IMG/VR virus record: IMGVR_UViG_3300010340_001122
Length of the DNA: 64,000 nucleotides
Direction: 5' to 3' (one strand)
Origin: a virus
Taxonomy: Duplodnaviria > Caudoviricetes
In this document: piece after piece, positions 27,691-38,789 of the stretch
How the letters are laid out: each line of letters starts with the position of its first letter
How positions within the stretch are numbered: the first letter of the stretch is position 1
Notes under the pieces: generated by a model
Seen by the model: the letters and a program-made list of their open reading frames with translations, nothing else
Database searches by the model: none
What the model was told of the DNA's origin: nothing
Program-made: the position numbers and the translations under genes

Positions 27691-29232
27691 GTGCTGATTG
27701 ATACACAATATTTGATAAATACGAAGAAATTAGTTGTTAGTTATGTTGATAAAACAGGTGATATTAAATTAAAATACTATGATTGGCAAAATCCTTTAAA
27801 GTATGTGACTTGTGAGGATACTGACCCTCAAAGGCATCCAGATTATAAGTCTTGGGATAATAAACATGTTAAACAAATTGAAGTAAATCATCCGGATAGA
27901 TATGCGGTTTATGAATTTTTAGATGCTCTTCCTGAAAAAGAAAGAGATGAGATTTTTGAATTTAATTTACCTAAAATATTTTTTATAGATATTGAAACAG
28001 AAATTGTGGATGGATTTCCGGAAGCTGCTGATATATTAAATGCTGATGGTTCGGTTAAAAAAGAAGGAGCATCTACCCAAGTACTATCTATATCTGTTGT
28101 TTATGATGATAAAATAATCCTTTTAGGATTGAAAGATATGCCTCAAGATATGCAGGATCGTATATTAACTAATACGAATAAATATTTTGAAAAATCAAAA
28201 GTTGAATATAAATTCAAATACATTAAATATGATGATGAATTTGATATGTTATATAATTTCTTTTATAAAATGGTTCCAAAAATGCCACTTATTACTGGTT
28301 GGAATTTCTTAAACTATGACTGGTTATATTTGGTAAATCGATCTAGAAAATTAAGTAAATGGGTTAATGGTAAGCAAATTAAAATTGATCCATCTGTTTC
28401 ATCATTTACTAAAAGATTGAATAAAGTCTGGTCTACCGAATATGAAGTTCCCGCTCATAGAATGATATTTGATTATATGCAATTATATGAAATATGTGAT
28501 ACCTCAATAAAAGTTAAAGAAAGTTCTTCATTGGATTTTGTTTCTAATAAATTAGTTGGTGTGGATAAGATTAAATATACCGGTTCACTCCAAAAACTTT
28601 ATGAAGATGATTTTGAAACTTTTATGTATTATAACGCGGTTGACTCCGTTTTGGTGCAGAAAATTCATGAAGCCAGAAATTATATTTCCATTATTTTTGC
28701 TATTTCTTCTCTTGCTAAAATTAAAGTAGTTGATATCGTTTCTCAAATGAATAATGCTCTTGGTTCTTTAGCTATTACTGAGGGTGTTTTAAGAAATAGG
28801 TTCCGTGAAATGGAAAATATAATCTTATTTAAAGATGAAAATGCTGTTCGTGGAGGTGAATCTGGAATTGCAGGTGGATGGGTTAAAGATCCTGTTGTTG
28901 GTATGAATAAGTGGTGCGTAATCTATGACTTTGCATCACTTTATCCAACTACTCAGTTGCAGTTTTTTATAGCACCTGAAACATTTGTGGGTGTTAAAAC
29001 AGAAGAAGAGAATGAATATTGTTTCAATGGTAATCAGAGAATTAAAATTGATCTTGATAAACATGTTGTGTGTGTCAATGGTGTTGTTTTTGAGAAAAGA
29101 TATTCACCAACTTTGAAGATGTTGGATGATGTTTATGCGGATAGAAAGAAGAATAAAAAAATTATGATGCAGAAGAAAGAAGAATATAAAGCGGTCATGG
29201 ATGAGATTAAACAATTAGAATCTGAATTATAA
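27691..29232 (+). CDS. Family B DNA polymerase, N-terminal half (exonuclease + motif A)
   Basis: DIETE (ExoI), TGWN...YD (ExoII), YNAVD (ExoIII), YDFASLYP (motif A); ends before KxxxNxxYG and YGDTD. Confidence 0.85.
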   Translation: MLIDTQYLINTKKLVVSYVDKTGDIKLKYYDWQNPLKYVTCEDTDPQRHPDYKSWDNKHVKQIEVNHPDRYAVYEFLDALPEKERDEIFEFNLPKIFFIDIETEIVDGFPEAADILNADGSVKKEGASTQVLSISVVYDDKIILLGLKDMPQDMQDRILTNTNKYFEKSKVEYKFKYIKYDDEFDMLYNFFYKMVPKMPLITGWNFLNYDWLYLVNRSRKLSKWVNGKQIKIDPSVSSFTKRLNKVWSTEYEVPAHRMIFDYMQLYEICDTSIKVKESSSLDFVSNKLVGVDKIKYTGSLQKLYEDDFETFMYYNAVDSVLVQKIHEARNYISIIFAISSLAKIKVVDIVSQMNNALGSLAITEGVLRNRFREMENIILFKDENAVRGGESGIAGGWVKDPVVGMNKWCVIYDFASLYPTTQLQFFIAPETFVGVKTEEENEYCFNGNQRIKIDLDKHVVCVNGVVFEKRYSPTLKMLDDVYADRKKNKKIMMQKKEEYKAVMDEIKQLESEL

Positions 29233-29235
29233 AAT

Positions 29236-29637
29236 TTATGAGATTTTGATAATTAAATGATAATTAACCAAAGTTTGTAATTCTCTTAATTCAAATGTAT
29301 ATCCAGTATCATTTATTAATTCCAAAACAATTGGATATAATTGATCAATAAATTCCTTTATTTTAGATAAATGTGATGATGTTTTTATGAAATGTTCAGG
29401 ATCTCTAAAAGTTTGATAAACATGGCCTGGTATAAAAAAATCAACAACTATTTCTATACTACCATTTCCTTTACTATATAATTCTTGACCAGAATCTCTT
29501 CTATTGTAAAATTTATCAAATTTTATTTCTATATTATCTATATCGGATAAACTACTATTTGTAAAATATGATTTAACTTCTTCATATATTTCGTTATCTG
29601 ATTTTTCTAAATTTTCGTAAAATTTTTTAATTTTCAT
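29236..29637 (-). CDS. Hypothetical protein
   Basis: MKIKKFYEN start after TAATATATA. Confidence 0.7.
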   Translation of the reverse strand: MKIKKFYENLEKSDNEIYEEVKSYFTNSSLSDIDNIEIKFDKFYNRRDSGQELYSKGNGSIEIVVDFFIPGHVYQTFRDPEHFIKTSSHLSKIKEFIDQLYPIVLELINDTGYTFELRELQTLVNYHLIIKIS

Positions 29638-29669
29638 AATCTTATATATTAAAATAACCTATAACAATC

Positions 29670-31337
29670 ATGTCATTAAAAAAAGATTTACTCAAATATA
29701 CCCCTCGTAAAGAGCAACAAGAATGTATCGATTTTATCGATTCTCAATATAAAAATAATAAAGAAAATAAATTCTTTCTTTTAAACTTACCCGTTGGGAC
29801 GGGAAAATCACATTTAGCTTTGATGATTGCTGATTGGTATTTGAAAAACGTCAACGGTAATGCTAAGTTTGATGTTATTACAAATAGTAAAATCTTACAA
29901 GATCAGTATGTTGAAACATATGAATCTATCAATGATTTAAAGGGTAAGGAAAATTATGAGTGTGCTCAGTATGCTTGTTCTTGTGCTCAAGGTAATGAGT
30001 TCAATAGATTGAATAAAACGAGTTGTGAGTTTTGTCCACATTCTGGTGCGAGAGATGGATATGTTTCAGGTAGAATGTCACTAACTAATTTTTATCTTTA
30101 TATTCTATTTCAGTTATATATGACTAAGATGATGGATTCTAGAGGTAGTAATGTTTTGATTGTTGACGAGGCACATGATTTTGATGATGTGATGTCGGAT
30201 TTTATAACAATTAAAATAACTGAGTTTGTTGTTAAAAAATTGAAATTTTCAAATGAAGATAAGATTCTTAAAGATTTAAAAAAAATCACTAATATTAGTG
30301 GGTATATTGATTTTCTAAAAGAATTACAAGGTGAGATTGCCACTACCATTGCAGATGTTGAGAGATCTTTAAGTGCTGAGAAGAGAAATATTAAATCAAT
30401 TAAAAGAGAAAACTCTGTTAATAAAGTATTGGGTGGTAAAAATTCTGATATTAAATTAATGCAAGTAATAACTGATTTGCAACAATATCAATCTAAGATT
30501 GAAATTTTCTTAAATGAATATAAAGCTAATCCTGATAATTGGGTATTGGAATCAAATTATAATGAGAAAACAAAACAAAAAGAATTATCATTAGAACCTA
30601 TTTGGGCTTTTGATTATCTCGATAAGTATATCTTTTCAAAATATGATATGGTATTTTTAATGTCGGGAACTATTCTTGATAAGAATTTATTTTGTCAACT
30701 TAATGGTTTGGATGTTGAGAAGGCTGTTTATTATTCAATTGAATCGCCATTTCCAGTTAAAAACCGACCAGTATATTACATGCCGCTTGGTAAAATGTCT
30801 TATAAATCAAAAGAAGATACTTTTAAGAATTATGTTCCATTTATTCAGAAAATATTGAATAAATATCCTGATAAGAAAGGAATAGTACATACCAACTCTT
30901 TTGAATTGGCAAGTTGGATATCTCGGGATGTTAGAAATCCACGATTAGTTTATCATGACTCATCTAATAAGGATTTGGTTCTACAAGAACATTATTCTAC
31001 TGATAAACCAACTGTTATAGTTTCTCCGAGTATGGATACTGGTGTTAGTTTTGATGATGATAAGGCAAGATTTCAAGTAATTGCTAAAATTCCGTATCCA
31101 ACTCTAGCATCTCAGAAAAATAAACTAAGACAGAGAATGAATCCCGATTGGTATACTTGGAAAACAGTCTCTGGGTTGATTCAAATGACTGGTAGAGCAG
31201 TTAGATCAAATGAGGATTATGCTGATACAATTATCATTGATGGGTCTTTTTCAGACTTATTAAAGTACTCTGGTCATTTTTTCCCTAATTGGTTTCAAGA
31301 GGCAATTAAGAAAGTTAATGTTAAAATTAACGCTTAA
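29670..31337 (+). CDS. DinG/XPD-like SF2 helicase
   Basis: PRxEQ, PVGTGKS, Cys cluster, VDEAH, MSGT, IQMTGRAVR. Confidence 0.9.
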   Translation: MSLKKDLLKYTPRKEQQECIDFIDSQYKNNKENKFFLLNLPVGTGKSHLALMIADWYLKNVNGNAKFDVITNSKILQDQYVETYESINDLKGKENYECAQYACSCAQGNEFNRLNKTSCEFCPHSGARDGYVSGRMSLTNFYLYILFQLYMTKMMDSRGSNVLIVDEAHDFDDVMSDFITIKITEFVVKKLKFSNEDKILKDLKKITNISGYIDFLKELQGEIATTIADVERSLSAEKRNIKSIKRENSVNKVLGGKNSDIKLMQVITDLQQYQSKIEIFLNEYKANPDNWVLESNYNEKTKQKELSLEPIWAFDYLDKYIFSKYDMVFLMSGTILDKNLFCQLNGLDVEKAVYYSIESPFPVKNRPVYYMPLGKMSYKSKEDTFKNYVPFIQKILNKYPDKKGIVHTNSFELASWISRDVRNPRLVYHDSSNKDLVLQEHYSTDKPTVIVSPSMDTGVSFDDDKARFQVIAKIPYPTLASQKNKLRQRMNPDWYTWKTVSGLIQMTGRAVRSNEDYADTIIIDGSFSDLLKYSGHFFPNWFQEAIKKVNVKINA

Positions 31338-31367
31338 AAGCTTGTAAACATCTTTCTCATTTATATT

Positions 31368-31397
31368 AAAAAACCCACTCAATTTGAGTGGGTTTTT
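31368..31397. terminator. Bidirectional intrinsic terminator
   Basis: AAAAAACCCACTC-aattt-GAGTGGGTTTTT between convergent genes. Confidence 0.85.
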
Positions 31398-31398
31398 A

Positions 31399-31920
31399 TT
31401 ATTTTTTCTTTCTAGCTTCTATTGCTTTTCTTAGACCTTCTGGTAATTTTTTCTGAGCTGATGTTAATCCTTTATCACCTTTACTATCTTTAGCGTCTTT
31501 AGCTGCTTTTTTCATAGTTTCTTTTTTATCGCCGTCTTTATCAATATCTAAAAAATCTGGTTTAGATTTTTTGCTACCTTTTTTATATGATTTTTTTGAT
31601 TCGTCAAATTTCATTATATGACCTCCTGGAAATTCACCTTCTTCTTCCTCTGAAGAATCATACATGTCTGAAAAATCACCTTCTTCTTCATCTGAAGAGT
31701 GCATATCCATATCCATTGAGAAATCATCTTCACCATTTGGTGTTATTTCGCCTGGTTCAGGTTGAGTTATTTCATCATCTTCACAAGGTTCACAGAATTC
31801 TTCTTCATTTTCTGAAGGCTTCATATTTCTGAGGTTTCTCGAGTAATCTAAAAATTCTTGCTCATCAGAATCAACATCTGGTGACAGATAAAAGTTTTCG
31901 AATTTTTTTAAATGTTTCAT
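31399..31920 (-). CDS. Low-complexity acidic/basic protein with DxDxDG motif
   Basis: MKHLKKFENF start; acidic middle; PDFLDIDKDGD; basic C-terminus. Confidence 0.7.
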   Translation of the reverse strand: MKHLKKFENFYLSPDVDSDEQEFLDYSRNLRNMKPSENEEEFCEPCEDDEITQPEPGEITPNGEDDFSMDMDMHSSDEEEGDFSDMYDSSEEEEGEFPGGHIMKFDESKKSYKKGSKKSKPDFLDIDKDGDKKETMKKAAKDAKDSKGDKGLTSAQKKLPEGLRKAIEARKKK

Positions 31921-31989
31921 ATAATAGGTTTTTATTTTAATTATATATTAAAGCTTTAAATCGATTTATTGATTTTTATATATATTGAG

Positions 31990-33171
31990 ATGAAAATTTT
32001 AAACTTTTTTGATTTTATTTTAGAGAATTATAAAAAAATTGAAGTTCCGTTTCAATTTTGTCAAGAATTTGATTATGTTTTAAGAGAAATTGAATCTCCT
32101 ATTTCTTCTGAAATTAGAAAAATGAGACTCCAACCATCTGATATTTCACTCCTAAATATAGGTGATGAACCTGATATGGTATCATATACAACATCTCAGA
32201 AGTTATCACAACATTTTAATACAGAAGACCAGAGGCAACTTAATTTATTGGTTCAACCTTTGAGTAGAAATACTGAAATATATCATAAAAATCGAACTAA
32301 CATTAAAGTTGGTAGATTAGTTAGAAAACTATTTGGTTCAAAATTTAGCGATTCGGAAATTGAAAAATTTGTAAATCAATATAAATCTAGTATGGATGAT
32401 AAAATATTAAATTTTGAAATTTGGGACGGTCAAGAAATAATTGATGGATATCGATCTAAAAATTATACTTATGATGGATCTAGTTCTAATCCTCTTCTAA
32501 ATTCCTGTATGAATGATGAGTTACATCTAATTGATTTTTACCAATATGTTCCAGTAAAACTTCTAGTTTTACTGAATAACGATGGTCACATTTTTGGAAG
32601 ATCCCTTTTGTGGAAAACAGATAAGGGTCTTTTTATGGATAGAATTTATTCAGCATTTGATCAAGATTATTATAAATTTATTGAGTATGCTAAAAATAAT
32701 AATATTATCTATAAAGAGGAGAATAAAAGTGGTAATTTAATTAAATATGTAAAAGATAATAATGTTTCTTGGTTTCCAATGAAAATTAATTTGAAGTTTA
32801 ATATAGAAGATTATAGTAAAGAGGAATTTACTGGAAGTGTAAGAGATATTCCATATATGGATACTTTCATATATGGTCAAAAGAATACGTTATCTAACTA
32901 TGAACCTTTGGATAACAAGTACTATGTTCTTACAGACACAGATGGTGAGCCATTAGAAGTTATACCGCAATATGATGTTAATGGTCAAAGAATTGATACA
33001 GATCAAATGGAATACTATGATTGGTCTAATATACAGAATGGATGGGTATATAGAAAAAGTGGAATTTTTGTGGATTCGGTTATGGACTTTTTATCATTAG
33101 ATTACTTAAAAGATCCTAAAAATGGATTTATTTTTAATGAAAAAGATGGTTGGATTAAAATTAAAAATTAA
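31990..33171 (+). CDS. Hypothetical protein (SCM/GRxLLW/DRIY/PYMDT family)
   Basis: Motifs shared with 34024..36348. Confidence 0.75.
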   Translation: MKILNFFDFILENYKKIEVPFQFCQEFDYVLREIESPISSEIRKMRLQPSDISLLNIGDEPDMVSYTTSQKLSQHFNTEDQRQLNLLVQPLSRNTEIYHKNRTNIKVGRLVRKLFGSKFSDSEIEKFVNQYKSSMDDKILNFEIWDGQEIIDGYRSKNYTYDGSSSNPLLNSCMNDELHLIDFYQYVPVKLLVLLNNDGHIFGRSLLWKTDKGLFMDRIYSAFDQDYYKFIEYAKNNNIIYKEENKSGNLIKYVKDNNVSWFPMKINLKFNIEDYSKEEFTGSVRDIPYMDTFIYGQKNTLSNYEPLDNKYYVLTDTDGEPLEVIPQYDVNGQRIDTDQMEYYDWSNIQNGWVYRKSGIFVDSVMDFLSLDYLKDPKNGFIFNEKDGWIKIKN

Positions 33172-33181
33172 TATATAATTA

Positions 33182-34027
33182 ATGAAAGTTTTAACTTATA
33201 GACAATATCAAATGGCTGAAGATTTATCAAATTTTATAGCAAATTCTCCTATTAATGAATCTGATAATAAAAATACCGAAATTGATGGTATTTTAAAAAA
33301 ATTATCACAGGATTTAAGATTTAATTACGGATTGGTATTTACATTTGGTGTTGGTGTTCGAGTTATGTATCCAATTGTCGAAGGATTAATTACAAATGGT
33401 GTTCTAAAAATAGAACCTACTATGGAAAATATTGTGCTTATTTCTATTGCTGCTCTCACAATAACATATTTAGAAGAATCAAAAAATAAAGTAGGGGATT
33501 CAGAAATTCCTTGCGATTGTAAAAGTAAATCTAAGGATTGTAAAAAATGTGGAGGATCAGGTATGATTAAAAGTGTTGTTTCTAAACAAGATGCTAGAAC
33601 AATTTTAGAGGAACTTAAACTCAGAGGAATTGGAAATGGTATAATTAAGAAAATGGTTGTGTGTTTTAAGTTTTTAGGAACTATTTTAAAAGATTTATTT
33701 AAAAATACCCCATATATTATCAATGGATTAATTGATATGTTAGCTTATACTAGTATTCTTATACCAGCTATGAATGGTATAAGTGCAATAGTTGGTAAAT
33801 ATGATTTAACTATAGATACTCTTATAGGAAATTCTTCAGCTATTTTATTAGGAATTTCAACATTTTTATCAAAATATGGTTTTGACTGGCTTGTTAAGAA
33901 ATTTAAAAAATTTGGATTTAATACAAAGGGATTAAATTTACCAACCGCTGTTAGAACTTATGATATAGTTGATTCCGACACTGACGAGGAAGTTTTCGGT
34001 AATAATAAATTAATAAAAGAACAATGA
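33182..34027 (+). CDS. Membrane protein with DnaJ-like Zn motif
   Basis: Several hydrophobic segments; CxC...CKKCGGSG. Confidence 0.65.
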   Translation: MKVLTYRQYQMAEDLSNFIANSPINESDNKNTEIDGILKKLSQDLRFNYGLVFTFGVGVRVMYPIVEGLITNGVLKIEPTMENIVLISIAALTITYLEESKNKVGDSEIPCDCKSKSKDCKKCGGSGMIKSVVSKQDARTILEELKLRGIGNGIIKKMVVCFKFLGTILKDLFKNTPYIINGLIDMLAYTSILIPAMNGISAIVGKYDLTIDTLIGNSSAILLGISTFLSKYGFDWLVKKFKKFGFNTKGLNLPTAVRTYDIVDSDTDEEVFGNNKLIKEQ

Positions 34028-36348
34028 TGTATAAATATTTTGATTTTAGATACTTTACACTTTTGGAATCTATTTTAAAAGTCGATCCTAATTTTTTATC
34101 CTTAATTAAATCAATTGCTGATAAAGGAGATGCTGTTGGTAGTATGTTAAATAATTTAATAAGTAAAGATATAAAAACTAATGTCAATTATTTAAAAGTT
34201 TCTGATAAAAATGATGACATGAAATTTGTAAATGATACTCAAGTGAAAAGATTTATAGACGCTGGTCAAGATCCATTTGATAGAGCTACAAATAGTGCTA
34301 AAGTTGGTAGAACAGTTAGACAAATTTTAACTACAAATGGTATTTCTGTAACCGATCAACAAATCGAAAAGTTTGTTAATTTATATAAAAATTCTTGGGA
34401 CAAATCATTCAAAAAAACTGGAGAAGGTATCCATTTGGTTTCTGGAGAAGATATTAGGAATTGGTATCATCATTCCAAGTATGTTCCAGGCGGGGGTCAA
34501 TTAAACAGTTCTTGTATGAGATATGATGAGACTCAAGATTTTTTAAACATCTATACTGAAAATCCGGAAGTTTGTCAATTAGTAATTTTAGTTGATGATA
34601 GAAATAGATTACTAGGAAGAGCATTGCTTTGGAAATTAGTTGATGGTATTAATAAATATGGATATTATCTAGATAGAATCTATACAAGATTTGATAGTGA
34701 TGGTGAGAAATTTGCTGATTGGTATAAGGATTTTATAAAAGCAACTGATGATGATTTTAAAGCACATTACATTGGTAGGACAAGTAATTGTAAAGTTCAA
34801 TTAAAAAAATGGAAATTTAAATTTTATCCATATATGGATACATTAGCAATAATAGATTATGAGACTGGTATTTTAGCGACATATCAAATAGAAGATAGTA
34901 AGAGATTACAATTACATATTCAAAATACTAGTGGAGAACCTTATGTTCCTAATTATAATTGGTCTAATTTTCATCAAAAGTATATACCTTTGAGTGAATC
35001 GGTATATATATCAGGACGTCAGGATTACTTCTTAAAAACTGAGTGTGTTCAAGATTATAAAAGCGATTGGATTTATAAAGAAGATGCTATTTATTCAGAT
35101 TATTATCAATCATATATTAAGAAAGAAAATTCTCAAGAATTAGAAGGATTTGGATTAGTTGATTCTGATGATATATTGGAGGTTTATGACTCTATTGTGG
35201 ATGGAGGACCAAGTGATATGAGAAAATTTTTATATACTAAATTAAAAGGATCAAAATATGTAGAGGTTGATATTAGATGGAATTCATATTGGGTTAATAG
35301 TGATTTTTGTTATTATGATGCTTATGAGAATCATTATTTTGTTAAAACAGATTTAGAAGGTAGATATCAGAGTTTATATAGTGTTAGTCTTGAGGAATAT
35401 AGTGATATTAATAATAATTTATTTGATAATTTATTAGATAAATTTAATAATTATTATCAATCATATGGATCGAATAGTGAGTTATATAAATTTCCTATAT
35501 TTCATTATTTATATATGAATGGTGCATCATATAATGAAAAAGAGAGAGATTTCTTTGCAAGTGGTGAAATGTTAGATTTTTTAAATCTAAAACCTGATGG
35601 TAGAACTGCAGTTTATATGAAAAATAATGATTATTTTAAAGGTTTTTCTAAAATGTGTTATAAATATAATATTATAGAACTTAATAAATTATCTGAGAAT
35701 ATAGACGGTTGTGATATCAATCCTTTATTAAAAAAACTTAAAATTATAGATGGTTATTTATATTCTAATGATATTGGTAATTATCGAAGTATAAATGATA
35801 CATATGCTAATATGATTAAGTATGGAACATTTACAAAATATTTAAATAACACTTTGGTAAAATTGTATAAAGGAGTTAATTTTACTGGTGTTCTTTTAAG
35901 TGATAAATCTATTAATGAATATTTTTCATATATTAAAAATCAAAAAGTTATAGTTATTAGCAATAATGGACTTGATTCAATAGATTTTAAAGATACTAAT
36001 TTAAAAGATAATTTAAAAGATATACTTACAAAATTTAAAGAAATTTTATTATATTTTTCTTATTGGTATATTGTTTTGAGTAATGATGACGCTGCTTATA
36101 TGAGGACAGAGGATTATATTTCAACAAAAGGTTTTGAAATATCACCTGATTTATTGAGAGTTCTTACATGGTTTTGTAGATATACTGATGTTGGTGGTGA
36201 GTATTCTGAATATTTACATGGAATTAGATCTTCAATTTCAAAATTTCCAACTTCGGAATTTTTGAAAGAAAATAATATGTCTTTATCATCAGATAAGTCT
36301 AAAAAATCAATTGAGATTTATAATGACTTTTTAGATTTATTAAAATAA
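34024..36348 (+). CDS. Large hypothetical protein (SCM/GRALLW/DRIY/PYMDT family)
   Basis: 774-aa ORF; paralogous domain to 31990..33171. Confidence 0.75.
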   Translation: MMYKYFDFRYFTLLESILKVDPNFLSLIKSIADKGDAVGSMLNNLISKDIKTNVNYLKVSDKNDDMKFVNDTQVKRFIDAGQDPFDRATNSAKVGRTVRQILTTNGISVTDQQIEKFVNLYKNSWDKSFKKTGEGIHLVSGEDIRNWYHHSKYVPGGGQLNSSCMRYDETQDFLNIYTENPEVCQLVILVDDRNRLLGRALLWKLVDGINKYGYYLDRIYTRFDSDGEKFADWYKDFIKATDDDFKAHYIGRTSNCKVQLKKWKFKFYPYMDTLAIIDYETGILATYQIEDSKRLQLHIQNTSGEPYVPNYNWSNFHQKYIPLSESVYISGRQDYFLKTECVQDYKSDWIYKEDAIYSDYYQSYIKKENSQELEGFGLVDSDDILEVYDSIVDGGPSDMRKFLYTKLKGSKYVEVDIRWNSYWVNSDFCYYDAYENHYFVKTDLEGRYQSLYSVSLEEYSDINNNLFDNLLDKFNNYYQSYGSNSELYKFPIFHYLYMNGASYNEKERDFFASGEMLDFLNLKPDGRTAVYMKNNDYFKGFSKMCYKYNIIELNKLSENIDGCDINPLLKKLKIIDGYLYSNDIGNYRSINDTYANMIKYGTFTKYLNNTLVKLYKGVNFTGVLLSDKSINEYFSYIKNQKVIVISNNGLDSIDFKDTNLKDNLKDILTKFKEILLYFSYWYIVLSNDDAAYMRTEDYISTKGFEISPDLLRVLTWFCRYTDVGGEYSEYLHGIRSSISKFPTSEFLKENNMSLSSDKSKKSIEIYNDFLDLLK

Positions 36349-36408
36349 GGAAAAAGTTGCAAACAATAAAATATATTTTGACTATAAAATCAAAATATAA
36401 TAAACATT

Positions 36409-37737
36409 ATGACCTCGTCACTAGAAAAGGTTTTTTTTAATTACATTTTAAAGAATAAGAAATATTTTGAAATTGTACGGCCCTATTTTTTTAGAAACTC
36501 TGAAGTTCAATTTGTATTTGGAATAATTAGAGAATATATTATTAAAAATTCAGAAGCTCAAATACCTACACCAAGACAAATTTTGGAAATGGTATCTTTA
36601 GAAGATAAAAATGGTATAATTACAAAAGAGATTCTTAAATCTTTACTTACTGATAATTTAAAAGATTACGATGAAAAGAATTTTGTTGAACCTAAGTTTA
36701 ATGCTTGGGTTTTAACAAATAGAATTAAAACAGGAACAGTAGATATTATTGATGAGACAAGAAACTTTGATAATATAACTGATTTTGATACAGCTATAGA
36801 GGCTGCTAATAAAATAAGATCTATAGTTGATGATATGTCTTCTACTAGCTTTGTTGATGATGATGACATGGGTTCAGATTTTGATGAAGCAGAATTACAC
36901 GTTCAAGATAGTTCAAGATTCAAAGTTAAGTCTGGGTTTGAAACAATTGATCATATTTTAGGCGGAGGATGGGATATTGGTACTTTTAATTGTATAATGG
37001 CAGAGACTAATAATGGTAAATCACTTTGGATGCAAAATTTTGCTGTTAGATCTGCTGATATGGGTTATAATGTCTTATACATAACACTTGAGATGAGTGA
37101 GCGTAAAGTATTGAAGAGATTAGGATCAATGCGTCTAAGGATACCTATTAATGACTATGATGTTGTTAGTAAAGATACAGAACTAATTCGTAAGAAAATA
37201 AAATCACTTGGTTCTATGAAAGAAGGTGGTGATTTATTTACTAATAAAGTTGGTAAGATTTACTCTAAATTTTGGGCAGCTGGAACGGCTACTGTAAATG
37301 ATTTTGATAACTATATTCAAAAAATTGGTCAGAAAAAAGGAATTAAATTTGATTTAATTATTGTTGATTATATCACATTAATTGCTCCGCCTAAAAATGC
37401 TGGTGATAATCTTTATACAAAAGGTAAAAATTTAGCAGAAGGTTTAAGAGCCTTAGGTGCTAAATATAAATGTCCAATCATTACCGGTGTTCAGGTTTCA
37501 AAGGATGCTTGGAATGCATCCGATATAACATTAGAAAGTGTTCCAGAAAGTAAGGCAATCGCTGAAACAGCAGACACTTTTTTTGCTATAATAAGAACCG
37601 AAGAAATGAAACGTTTAAATATTTATAGATTTAAACTTTTAAAACAAAGAGACGGTGACTTTTTAAAGAGCCAGATAAAATTGACTTTAAACTCTACTTA
37701 TTTAACATTAGAGAATGATCAGTTTTTAGATTCTTAA
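36409..37737 (+). CDS. Replicative DNA helicase (T4 gp41/DnaB-like)
   Basis: AETNNGKS, YITLEMSE, IIVDYI, TGVQ, ESKAIAETAD, KQRDG. Confidence 0.92.
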   Translation: MTSSLEKVFFNYILKNKKYFEIVRPYFFRNSEVQFVFGIIREYIIKNSEAQIPTPRQILEMVSLEDKNGIITKEILKSLLTDNLKDYDEKNFVEPKFNAWVLTNRIKTGTVDIIDETRNFDNITDFDTAIEAANKIRSIVDDMSSTSFVDDDDMGSDFDEAELHVQDSSRFKVKSGFETIDHILGGGWDIGTFNCIMAETNNGKSLWMQNFAVRSADMGYNVLYITLEMSERKVLKRLGSMRLRIPINDYDVVSKDTELIRKKIKSLGSMKEGGDLFTNKVGKIYSKFWAAGTATVNDFDNYIQKIGQKKGIKFDLIIVDYITLIAPPKNAGDNLYTKGKNLAEGLRALGAKYKCPIITGVQVSKDAWNASDITLESVPESKAIAETADTFFAIIRTEEMKRLNIYRFKLLKQRDGDFLKSQIKLTLNSTYLTLENDQFLDS

Positions 37738-37752
37738 AAAAATAAAATATTT

Positions 37753-38694
37753 ATGGGTAAAAAGAAAAAGTATGATGAGGATGAGGATTTGGAAAATTTT
37801 GACGAATTAGAAGATAATTCTAATTTTGAAGAAGAAGTTCCAGAAGAAGATTCAGATTCATCAAGTGATGATGTAGGGGAGTCTTTAATATCGGATGATA
37901 CAGATGATATTGATATAATTATTGAAATATCAGAAGATGATGCTGAAGTAGAAGAAGAACCACCTGCACAAGATGATGTAATATTATCTAAACATAAAGT
38001 TCAAGGAAAACACTCTTTGAAATATGACTCAATCTTTAAAGGAAAAAAAGACGAAAAGTTAGATGAGGAAGCTGGAGATCAAGCTAATATGTATTTTAAT
38101 GAAAAATTCGAAGTTGATAAATCTTCATTTTTTTATGTAGAGTCATATGATAATGAGTTTTATATCAGACAAAAAAATGTAAAAGAAAAAGTTTATAATG
38201 TGTTGTTAGCTCATACAAGTATAAATTTTTTAAATAATCGTAGAAAACCATCAAAGTCTGATTTTAATCATTATTACCATTTGTTAAAAGTTAATTTAGA
38301 AGATGACGGCTTTACAAATATTGAATTATTTAATGAGTTATCTGTCTATTTTTCCGATAATTTATTTAATATGTTTAAATTACTTGATAACAAATGGAGA
38401 AATTTAATTATAATTGAATTACAGGATCATATTGGTAAGAATACAAATTCTAAAGAGATAACAAATAGAAATATTTATGTTGGTACTGAATTGGAATTTT
38501 CACATCTAGATCCTCTAGGTAAAGAAAAAAACTTTACTGGTGTAGTGGTGGAGACCGATTATGATGAATCAATATTTAAGATAGACTCTTATGAAAATAT
38601 TTATGAAATTCATATTACATCTGTTACAAAAATACTAAATAATACAAAATTTAAGTATAATTTAAATAAATTAAACAATATAGATTTTCTTTAA
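37753..38694 (+). CDS. Hypothetical protein with acidic N-terminus
   Basis: 313-aa ORF. Confidence 0.7.
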   Translation: MGKKKKYDEDEDLENFDELEDNSNFEEEVPEEDSDSSSDDVGESLISDDTDDIDIIIEISEDDAEVEEEPPAQDDVILSKHKVQGKHSLKYDSIFKGKKDEKLDEEAGDQANMYFNEKFEVDKSSFFYVESYDNEFYIRQKNVKEKVYNVLLAHTSINFLNNRRKPSKSDFNHYYHLLKVNLEDDGFTNIELFNELSVYFSDNLFNMFKLLDNKWRNLIIIELQDHIGKNTNSKEITNRNIYVGTELEFSHLDPLGKEKNFTGVVVETDYDESIFKIDSYENIYEIHITSVTKILNNTKFKYNLNKLNNIDFL

Positions 38695-38789
38695 AAAACC
38701 TTAAAAAGATATTTTAAACATAAAATTATAACAATATATAAATTTCTAAAAAATAAAACATACTAATATGCAAGAAATGATATCGAAAG

